Positions 27,177-34,270 of a DNA stretch of 64,000 nucleotides are shown piece after piece (positions within the stretch are counted from its first letter, which is position 1; each line of letters starts with the position of its first letter). A program made the position numbers and the translations under genes. Where the stretch lies: the NCBI GenBank assembly GCA_035530075.1, contig DATKVM010000005.1:231006-295005 (forward strand), given 5' to 3'. This stretch comes from Patescibacteria group bacterium (lineage in GTDB: Bacteria > Patescibacteriota > Microgenomatia > UM-FILTER-40-11). Below the pieces are notes generated by a model, which was given only the letters and a program-made list of their open reading frames with translations, had not been told where the DNA came from and searched no databases.

Positions 27177-27265
27177 CCCGGTGGTAGGATTCGAACCTAC
27201 AACCTTTCACTAACAGGGAGCCGCGCTCCCTCCGCCAGTTGGCGGATCACTACGCCGGAATATCC
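27176..27265 (-). other. tRNA-like fragment (T-arm GTAGG-TTCGAAT-CCTAC plus an Asn-like anticodon loop rc CTGTTAG); no complete cloverleaf
   Basis: The reverse complement contains 'aggttgtaggttcgaatcctaccaccgg'. I could not find a matching 5' acceptor strand within 90 nt, so this is probably a pseudo-tRNA or att remnant. Confidence 0.35.
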
Positions 27266-27397
27266 CCATAATAGCAAGTTTAAGGCCAAAGGGCCAGGGT
27301 AAATTTGCTAGGCAAAAAAGAACTCTAGCCTGGTCTTAAACTGACTCTCTTGGTATCGCCAGAAAAAAGGCGTATGCTAAAGTGAAGGAGAATACAT

Positions 27398-28894
27398 ATG
27401 GAAGAACAAGAGAATGCCCCCGAGATATTGAGTAGTGATGTTCAGCCAACGGTGCCACTGCCTTCAAACAAGCCTGTTCTCAAGCCAAGTTTACCCTTAG
27501 TAATTCTTATAATAGTTTTTTTGATTTCCTTAATCACTCTTGCCGTCTTTTTTCTAAGTAAGCGCTTGGATTTTTTTAATACGCGAATAGCTATTCCCAC
27601 AAATTCTTCCCAGGGAAGTCCCTCTCCTTCAGTTCCCCAAGAACTGGATATTCAGAAAGATATTCAAAGCCGTGAGCATTTGAATGACCAGAAAAACATT
27701 AGCCCTGGCGATATTGTTTCCTCAGGGTTTATTGACCCTTCACTTTTTACTAAAAAAACATCCTCGTCTTCGGTACTAGAGTTAGTTAAAAAAGCCCATG
27801 CTCAAGAAGTAAAACAGGTCCCGGCTTTATTTTATGTTAAAAACAAAACCCAAATTGCGGTATTGGACTTATTTAGTAACCAGGAATATCTATTGCTTGA
27901 CTTGAAAGATTTTAGCAGCATTTCTGTTAACAGCGGCACCGTAATCTCTAAACAATATTTTGTCAATAAGTCCAAACAAGTCGTGTTTCAATTAATGGAA
28001 AAGCTAGTGGATGATAAATATAAAACCTCTTTTCAGGTTTATGACATTAGGTCTCAGAGTTTGAAAGAAGTTGTTTCAACCACCGGCGGAAGCGGGGACC
28101 CGGCTAATTGGAATGGTTTTAGTATTTCGCCGGATGAACATTCCCTTTTCATACTTTATGTTAATCCCTACGAGAGCGATCCCTTTGCTGATGTTGCCAA
28201 TAAGGTAGTGGAGAATCCAGGTTATTTTGATAATACTTATTTTTTCTTTAATCTTGATGATGGTTCTTTAAAAAAATTTAAATTGGACGAAAGACTGACG
28301 GGTATGATTAACTTTCAATGGTCTTCAGATAGCAACTCTGTTCTTCTTTTGTACAGCCGCACTTACGAAACTCCATCCTCTTTAGTTCTGTTCTCAGTTT
28401 CCCCGTTGGCTGTCAAAGAAATTCTTTTTCAAGGATCTGGCTCCGAAAGAGATCTGGTAAAGGGTCAATATTTTCCTGACCTTAAAAAGATATTTTACAT
28501 TTCGACAGGGTCAAATAAAGAAGAAAGTACTTTTTCGGAAAGGCACTTTGGTTATCTGAACCTCGCCAGCCAAAATTTTAATGACGTTATTGAGCCTGGC
28601 TATGAAGTGACCCAGTTTGTGTTTGATTTTAATAAGGGTTTTGTGGTTAATACTCAGGTCCATAGCGAAAGCCAAACCAGCAGCAAAGCTCTTAATTATT
28701 ACGATTTAAGTACTGGTAAGGTAACTAAAATTATCGAAGGGGCATTTAATATTCTTGGTTTTAATGGAGATTATCGCCATTTGTTAGTGAGTAGTTTGAA
28801 CGGATCAAGGTCGGATTTATATGACCTGGATATTGAAACTGGACAAACCAACTATCTTACAACAACCCAAGCTGCTATACCTTATCAGTTTTAA
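27398..28894 (+). CDS. Hypothetical secreted or membrane-anchored protein (N-terminal TM helix, beta-rich C-terminus)
   Basis: 498 aa. TM helix 'LPLVILIIVFLISLITLAVFFL'. No catalytic motif seen. Confidence 0.4.
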   Translation: MEEQENAPEILSSDVQPTVPLPSNKPVLKPSLPLVILIIVFLISLITLAVFFLSKRLDFFNTRIAIPTNSSQGSPSPSVPQELDIQKDIQSREHLNDQKNISPGDIVSSGFIDPSLFTKKTSSSSVLELVKKAHAQEVKQVPALFYVKNKTQIAVLDLFSNQEYLLLDLKDFSSISVNSGTVISKQYFVNKSKQVVFQLMEKLVDDKYKTSFQVYDIRSQSLKEVVSTTGGSGDPANWNGFSISPDEHSLFILYVNPYESDPFADVANKVVENPGYFDNTYFFFNLDDGSLKKFKLDERLTGMINFQWSSDSNSVLLLYSRTYETPSSLVLFSVSPLAVKEILFQGSGSERDLVKGQYFPDLKKIFYISTGSNKEESTFSERHFGYLNLASQNFNDVIEPGYEVTQFVFDFNKGFVVNTQVHSESQTSSKALNYYDLSTGKVTKIIEGAFNILGFNGDYRHLLVSSLNGSRSDLYDLDIETGQTNYLTTTQAAIPYQF

Positions 28895-29000
28895 GCCGGC
28901 ATAACTACACAAAAAAGCTGATAGTCAACTATGGCTTTGTAATCCTGGTATTAATCCAACTAACATTATACCAAGCATTATCAAGGCTTTCCAAAATTCC

Positions 29001-29057
29001 GTGGGGTAGAGTAGGCGAAAGAAAGATTAAAGAAGTTAAATTAAGAAAATTCAGCCC
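29001..29057 (+). repeat. Island repeat copy R10 (degenerate)
   Basis: 'gtggggtagagtaggcgaaagaaagattaaagaagttaaattaagaaaattcagccc'. Confidence 0.5.
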
Positions 29058-29165
29058 AAGAACCGGACACCATATTATTTCCACTCCCGGAGTGGAATAA
29101 CATAACCTCACACCTTCCAGGGGCAATCTGAATTTAAAAATCAGGGAGAAGTGACCTCAAGATAG

Positions 29166-29468
29166 TTAAGGGACTTGGGGACTTTCTTCATCCATCATCT
29201 CAGCCGCAAATGAAAGTATTGACCTTCTAGAAGCATTATCACCTTCCGGCAAATTCTGAAGAACGGCAATAAATCCCAGTAGATTTTTCCTAAATCTTTC
29301 AGCAATCTGAGCGTTGGTATAAGTACCTATTTCTAGCTGATCTGCCGGAACCTCCGGTAGCCCTGCCGCTTTAAAAGCTGCCTCAACAAAGGCTGACCAT
29401 AAAGTTTCTGGATCTATTAGATCTCTTTCTCCTGAGGCCATATGCCTACAAAATATATTAAAAACCAA
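29166..29468 (-). CDS. Hypothetical protein
   Basis: 100-aa ORF between R10 and R11. Confidence 0.3.
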   Translation of the reverse strand: MVFNIFCRHMASGERDLIDPETLWSAFVEAAFKAAGLPEVPADQLEIGTYTNAQIAERFRKNLLGFIAVLQNLPEGDNASRRSILSFAAEMMDEESPQVP

Positions 29469-29520
29469 AGCTTGTCAACTATAGGCAAAAGCCCTATGGT
29501 CCTGGTATTGCTGGTTCGTC

Positions 29521-29614
29521 CCTGCCTGCCGGGGTACAACCCAGGCTTCACACCTCAGGTGTAACAGGTAATGGATTTAGGCCTAATTGGCGGGTGAGGG
29601 GAGGATTGGGAGCT
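29521..29614 (+). repeat. Island repeat copy R11 (left-arm-rich form)
   Basis: 'cctgcctgccggggtacaacccaggcttcacacctcaggtgtaacaggtaatggatttaggcctaattggcgggtgaggggaggattgggag'. Confidence 0.6.
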
Positions 29615-29623
29615 GAACATTAG

Positions 29624-30301
29624 TTACCAGATAAAAGGGACGAGACGGTACTTTACCCGTTTACAATAGTCGTTGTAACCTGGTAAATCACGTAGCAATA
29701 CTTCTTCCTCGTTCAGTGCTCGGATAATAACGACTCCACATATGGGTAGAAAAGCCACTAAAGCCCAATAAGAACCAAGCGCCAGAGGAGTAAATAAAAA
29801 AAGAGGGATAACGCCCGCGTACATCGGGTGTCTGACAAGAGCGTAAGGACCGGTATCGATGACCTTTTGTCCTTCAAAAACCTCGACCGTCCGCCCAGCA
29901 AAGGCATTTTCTTTAAAAGCAAGAAATACCAGATAATAAGCAAAAACAATTATGATGTTGGAAACAATTACTAACCATAAAGGGACGTTGGACCAACCAA
30001 AACGATAGTCCAGTCCCGGAATTAAAAAACCTAAAAAGAAAATTATACCTGTTAATTTAATAATTAAATCCTGTTTGGCTTCTTTCTCTTTAAACATCAT
30101 CCTCCGCTTCAAAAACGCTGGAGACTTTTGGAGAAAATAGAGCGAAAGAAAGAGTGAGCAAGAAAGGATTATGGCGATAAAAATCCACCCCTGCCAATAC
30201 CTAAGGGAGCCTGCAGGCAAAAAAAGCATTGACGCCAGGACTACAAATGCCAAAGGATACAACAGAAGAATTTTACTTCTCATTTTTGCCATTTTATTCA
30301 T
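29624..30301 (-). CDS. Isoprenylcysteine carboxyl methyltransferase (ICMT)/phospholipid methyltransferase family membrane protein
   Basis: Multi-TM protein with 'ALVRHPMYAGVIPLFLF' (RHPxY motif). 225 aa. Confidence 0.6.
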   Translation of the reverse strand: MNKMAKMRSKILLLYPLAFVVLASMLFLPAGSLRYWQGWIFIAIILSCSLFLSLYFLQKSPAFLKRRMMFKEKEAKQDLIIKLTGIIFFLGFLIPGLDYRFGWSNVPLWLVIVSNIIIVFAYYLVFLAFKENAFAGRTVEVFEGQKVIDTGPYALVRHPMYAGVIPLFLFTPLALGSYWALVAFLPICGVVIIRALNEEEVLLRDLPGYNDYCKRVKYRLVPFIW

Positions 30302-30321
30302 ATTTATATTATATAACGCTT

Positions 30322-30381
30322 CGTAATCCTAGGATTAATCTTGCCGGTCGGCAGGTTGGGATTAGATTAAGAAAATTCAGC
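30322..30381 (+). repeat. Island repeat copy R12
   Basis: 'cgtaatcctaggattaatcttgccggtcggcaggttgggattagattaagaaaattcagc'. Confidence 0.6.
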
Positions 30382-30448
30382 GGATATCCTGAGTTCACCC
30401 CGAAACAAACTCAACAGTTGCCGGCATAAATTAACACCCGCCTTAAAA

Positions 30449-30700
30449 ATGCTGGGCTTGAGGGTCTTACTTGACGAGGCGGGGGTAAGAGAATTTAGGG
30501 AAATGACCAAACGATACGGTAGCTCTGCTTGGTATAGTCTGAATAAGGAAATGAAGGGGTTTGGAAATGCCGATGAGGTTACTGTGTTTTCGCTATTGAA
30601 AAAGCAGATAACCGATTTTGAGCCGTTAAAACTGGTTGCAAATCAAGGTATAATGTTAAATAATGATAAATATGAAAGCAGAACAATACTACACGATTGA
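30449..30700 (+). CDS. Hypothetical protein
   Basis: 83-aa ORF directly upstream of the excisionase-like gene and overlapping it. Confidence 0.3.
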   Translation: MLGLRVLLDEAGVREFREMTKRYGSSAWYSLNKEMKGFGNADEVTVFSLLKKQITDFEPLKLVANQGIMLNNDKYESRTILHD

Positions 30701-30848
30701 AGAAGTAGCCAAGCTACTGAAAGTAGCATATCTGACAGTTTACCGTTGGATACAAGCTGGCAAGCTCACAGCTTATAAGGCTGGTAAACAGTATCGGATA
30801 AAAGGAAACGACCTAAATAAATTCTTAGAGAAAAAGAATACAAAATGA
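30663..30848 (+). CDS. Excisionase/AlpA-family helix-turn-helix DNA-binding protein
   Basis: 'YTIEEVAKLLKVAYLTVYRWIQAGKLTAYKAGKQYRIKGNDLNKFL' is the typical Xis-type HTH-plus-wing pattern. 61 aa. Confidence 0.6.
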   Translation: MINMKAEQYYTIEEVAKLLKVAYLTVYRWIQAGKLTAYKAGKQYRIKGNDLNKFLEKKNTK

Positions 30849-31348
30849 GCAAAATAAAGAAACTAAACCAAATAGCAAAACTTACGAAGAAATTGAGCAA
30901 AGAAGGTAAAAAAACGGCTCTAATCACAGGTTGCTTTGATATTGTGCATATAGGGCATATACAACTTTTTAGGTTTGCAAAGAAAAATGCCGATGTGGTT
31001 ATAGTAGGTTTGGATAACGACAAATCAATTAGACTTTCAAAAGGTATAAAACGACCAGTCAATAACCTTGAATATCGTTGTCAAACCATTGCTGAATTGG
31101 AAAGTGTTGATTATGTTTTTCCAATTGAAGATACCATAACATTTAACACTTCTGATGCAGACGAAATTCACATAGTGATGTTACAGAAAATTAAACCAGA
31201 CCTCTTGATTACAAATCCTATTGCAGATAAATACTGGAAAGATAAGCAGAAACGAGCGAAAGAATTAGGAATAAAGTTTTTACCAATAACTCGTCAAAAA
31301 ATGACATCATCAACGGAAATTATAGACAAGTTGCTTTCAGAAATATGA
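30845..31348 (+). CDS. Cytidylyltransferase-like nucleotidyltransferase (HxGH motif)
   Basis: 'ALITGCFDIVHIGHIQLF' carries the HxGH signature of the cytidylyltransferase/adenylyltransferase Rossmann family. 167 aa. Confidence 0.55.
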   Translation: MSKIKKLNQIAKLTKKLSKEGKKTALITGCFDIVHIGHIQLFRFAKKNADVVIVGLDNDKSIRLSKGIKRPVNNLEYRCQTIAELESVDYVFPIEDTITFNTSDADEIHIVMLQKIKPDLLITNPIADKYWKDKQKRAKELGIKFLPITRQKMTSSTEIIDKLLSEI

Positions 31349-31810
31349 TAAAAGCAGTTATTTTAGCCAGAGTATCAACGCTCAAACAGGAAAAAGAGGG
31401 ACTATCTCTCAAGGATATTCAACTCCCCGAACTTAGGGATTATGCCGTCAAAAGAGATTTTGAAGTAGTCAAAGAGTATTACTGAGAGCTACTATGAGGA
31501 AAAACGAAAAGAGTATCGGGCAAAACAGAAGGAAATTGAGAACAAAATGGCTAAGCTACGATTTGCCGACGAGGAATACTATATAACCTCAGAATACCTG
31601 CTAAAACTGGCTTCTAACGCAAGTAAACTGTTTGAAAGTTCTGAAGCACACGGAAAACGGCTACTTTTGAAGATGACACTTCAGAACTTGGAGCTAAAGG
31701 GTAAAAAAGCCCGATATGACTGGACAAAACCCTTTGACAAGATTGCTTTTTACGCCTCTCGTCAAGTTCAGCTCCCCCGCGTGGATTCGAACCACGAACC
31801 GATCGCTTAA
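31345..31810 (+). pseudogene. Serine recombinase remnant: a 46-aa catalytic N-terminus (ARVST) then a stop, followed by an out-of-frame C-terminal tail
   Basis: 31345-31485 encodes 'MIKAVILARVSTLKQ...' (resolvase catalytic Ser motif) and ends at a TGA. A second open frame runs from about 31480 to 31810 ('...EKRKEYRAKQKEIENKMAKLRFADEEYYITSEYLLKL...'). Its 3' end overlaps the tRNA-Asn 3' end. The total is far shorter than a functional recombinase. Confidence 0.5.
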
Positions 31811-31843
31811 CAGGCGAGCGCTCTACCGTTGAGCTACAGGGGA
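31772..31843 (-). tRNA. tRNA-Asn(GUU)
   Basis: Minus strand: acceptor TCCCCTG/CGGGGGA; D-stem GCTC/GAGC; anticodon loop CTGTTAA (anticodon GTT) with a 4-bp stem plus one mismatch; T-arm CGTGG-TTCGAAT-CCACG. Confidence 0.75.
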
Positions 31844-31906
31844 AAATACTTAATTTCCAATTCCCAATGACCAATTTGAAGTCAGCGTTGCTGACAAAAT
31901 CAAGCT

Positions 31907-32437
31907 TTGCTTATTTCCAAACTTATTATAGCAACTTTTGGCCTTGAACTCCAGGGAAAATTTGGTTCATGGTATTATTACTTTATGGAGCTTTGGCAGA
32001 AGATAGTTCTTTTGGTTTATGCGCTCATAAACCTGGTCGTCTTTGCTAGAGGCTTTTATGAATGCAAGGTCAAGAAAAACGCTTACGGCCTTACCCGCCC
32101 CCTCTTTTTTTTAGGCGTCTTTGCTTGGGGAGACGCCGTTGTTTTTTGTTTATTTTGGCTGTTTTCCTCCATCGTTGTCCTGCTTCTTAATGATTGGTAT
32201 TTATTCCTCCTTATTGTTTCCGTCTTCTGGGTTGTCAGAAGTTTAGGGGAGACAATTTATTGGTTTAATCAGCAATTTTCTAAGAGTCTGCCTTGGAATA
32301 AACCGGAAAAGTTGCCGTTCTATTCTATTTTCCATAACGATTCTGTCTGGTTTATCCATCAGATCATTTGGCAGTGTACCACCGTCGTCTCAACCATACT
32401 TTCCCTTTATTTTGGCCGGTTGTGGCTGTTAAATTAA
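31907..32437 (+). CDS. Polytopic membrane protein (hypothetical)
   Basis: 176 aa with about five TM helices. Confidence 0.4.
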   Translation: MLISKLIIATFGLELQGKFGSWYYYFMELWQKIVLLVYALINLVVFARGFYECKVKKNAYGLTRPLFFLGVFAWGDAVVFCLFWLFSSIVVLLLNDWYLFLLIVSVFWVVRSLGETIYWFNQQFSKSLPWNKPEKLPFYSIFHNDSVWFIHQIIWQCTTVVSTILSLYFGRLWLLN

Positions 32438-33582
32438 ACTCTTAGCTTTTTTTGGACTGCTTCGACTACTTTTCCCACACTGACCGAAGCCGCGGTCGGC
32501 TCCTCATTATGGACCACGGTTCCGCCGAAAGGCCCATAAATGGCCGGATTAAAAAGTTTGCCGGCAGCGACCACCACGCTTTTTAGCCCCAGGCCCGGGG
32601 CCAAGTGCGTTCCCGCCATACTTTCCAAACCAACCAAGACTGTCTTTTTTTTGGGAAAGCATTGTAAAAGAGCCGCATATTGAGCGAGGGACAGTGAGGG
32701 AAGAAGGGTAAAAGAACCTGCCTTTTTGGTACACTCACTGGCTATTTCTTGAGTTAGCCGGGGATGGTCTACTCCCTGGGTCAGAAAAACTCGACCAAAA
32801 CTGGATAAAGATTTTATTAATAAAACCCATTTTGAAAGCGGCCAGGATTTTTCCTTAAAATGAAGTGCGTGAGCGTCAGGATGAATAATAAAATTAAAGG
32901 AGTCTGTCTTTCCTAATTTAGTAAAGACCTTAGCCGCTGCCTTTTGGTCTTTTTGAGAAAGACCAATGGAGGAGTGGGGCGGCCGTTTGAATTGACGAAT
33001 ATCATAAAGCACTTCCCAGAGAATTTGTGCCCGATGTAGCTGATGCAGGGGGATTTCATGGAAAGAGAGCTTCTTTTCCGGATCTTGATTAAAAAAACTA
33101 GCCGGGACCGTGCTATTGTAACGGGGAACAATTTTGACAATTTCTCCCAGCCTAAAAGCCTCTTTTTTCGTTTTTCCGTTCGGCCCTTTTTGGAAATGAA
33201 GAACAATTTTGTTTTTTTCTTGGCCCCAGTCAGTAAGGATATTGTGCTGGCCCAGAAGCTCCCGGCAGCGCGACCACTCCAGGATTAATTTTTGCGGGTA
33301 GCGCTGAATCAAGGCGTCGGTTAAATAACTGTCACAAATCGTGTCGCCCAAAAAGCCCTCGGTCTTGCGCAAATCAACTACCATAACTTTGGCTTTGGCA
33401 AAAAGCTTCTGATTTTCTTGCCGGAATTTGAGGAGCGCCGCTTTTTCCTCTTGGTTAAAAAGGGCTTGAAAGGCAAGCGACCTTTCCGGCAAAGTTAGCC
33501 AAACGGCTGGAAGGGTAAGGATTTTTGTCCCTTCAGGGCGGTCTTTTTTGGCCATCTTAAGAGTAGAATAGCATATGCCCAA
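32434..33582 (-). CDS. Glycosyltransferase family 9 (heptosyltransferase-like)
   Basis: C-terminal 'LVGLESMAGTHLAPGLGLKSVVVAAG...GPFG' is typical of GT9 ADP-heptose transferases. 382 aa. Confidence 0.6.
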   Translation of the reverse strand: MGICYSTLKMAKKDRPEGTKILTLPAVWLTLPERSLAFQALFNQEEKAALLKFRQENQKLFAKAKVMVVDLRKTEGFLGDTICDSYLTDALIQRYPQKLILEWSRCRELLGQHNILTDWGQEKNKIVLHFQKGPNGKTKKEAFRLGEIVKIVPRYNSTVPASFFNQDPEKKLSFHEIPLHQLHRAQILWEVLYDIRQFKRPPHSSIGLSQKDQKAAAKVFTKLGKTDSFNFIIHPDAHALHFKEKSWPLSKWVLLIKSLSSFGRVFLTQGVDHPRLTQEIASECTKKAGSFTLLPSLSLAQYAALLQCFPKKKTVLVGLESMAGTHLAPGLGLKSVVVAAGKLFNPAIYGPFGGTVVHNEEPTAASVSVGKVVEAVQKKLRV

Positions 33583-33683
33583 AAGGGGCGCAACGGTTAA
33601 GTGATTTTTATTACCAACCTCTCCTTACCTTAATCTTACTCTGCTTTTAGCAACCCTTAAATTTTTATTGGCAAAGTAGGGGG

Positions 33684-34145
33684 ATGGTCGCCGCTAAAGA
33701 ACCAGCCAAAGCTGCAGTTGAGAAGCTGCCTCAATGTCTTAATCAGTCCCAGCTCTCGCTTCTGACGCAAAAAACGCCGTCCCAGTTTGTTAAAAGGCGG
33801 CCGGGGCCGGGCGGAGTAGAACTGGATTATGTCGAAATCGGTTATGTGGTTAATCTTTTAAATCAAGTTTTTGGTTGGGATTGGGACTTTCACATCTTGG
33901 ATCAGCAAATCGGCCGCACTCAAGTTTGGGTTAGGGGAGAGCTGGCGGTTCGGGCCAAAGATTGCCTCATTACCAAATCCCAGTATGGTGGAGCGGAAAT
34001 CCGCTTTAACCGAACTACCGGCGAGGTATTAAGTATTGCCGATGATCTAAAGTCAGCCGTTTCCGATTGCCTTAAGAAATGTGCTTCACTTTTGGGTGTC
34101 GCCGGAGATATTTATTGGCCGAATTTGGATAACTGGGAGCGATAG
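33684..34145 (+). CDS. Rad52/Rad22-family single-strand annealing protein (N-terminal domain only)
   Basis: 'RRPGPGGVELDYVEIGYVVNLLNQVFGWDWDFHI' parallels the Rad52 signature (R.G.GG..L.Y.E...V...AN..FGF.GWS). 153 aa. Confidence 0.55.
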   Translation: MVAAKEPAKAAVEKLPQCLNQSQLSLLTQKTPSQFVKRRPGPGGVELDYVEIGYVVNLLNQVFGWDWDFHILDQQIGRTQVWVRGELAVRAKDCLITKSQYGGAEIRFNRTTGEVLSIADDLKSAVSDCLKKCASLLGVAGDIYWPNLDNWER

Positions 34146-34270
34146 CATTGCTTCATTGTTTCATGGTTTCATTGCTTTTATGAGCTAATAACAATTGAAC
34201 AATCGAGCAATGAAACAATTCCGGTAGCCCATATAACAGGCTTAACTATTTTGGAAATAATAGGAAAACT

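Noticed and set aside
27176-27265. Calling the fragment next to R9 a functional tRNA
   Set aside because: I could not pair an acceptor stem. Only the T-arm and an anticodon-like loop are present, so it is listed as a fragment or remnant.
14948-30381. Could the island repeats be a CRISPR array?
   Set aside because: The segments between the repeats are 0.4-5 kb and hold complete genes, the repeat has variable arms, and no cas genes are present. This behaves as a cassette-delimiting repeat, not a CRISPR.
14948-31843. Island as an intact prophage
   Set aside because: No capsid, terminase, portal, tail or lysis genes are recognisable. Only an excisionase-like gene and a broken recombinase remain.
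31547-31874. ORFs 31547-31810 (+) and 31614-31874 (-) called as independent genes
   Set aside because: The + ORF is the out-of-frame tail of the decayed serine recombinase. The - ORF is antisense across tRNA-Asn. Neither is a stand-alone gene.
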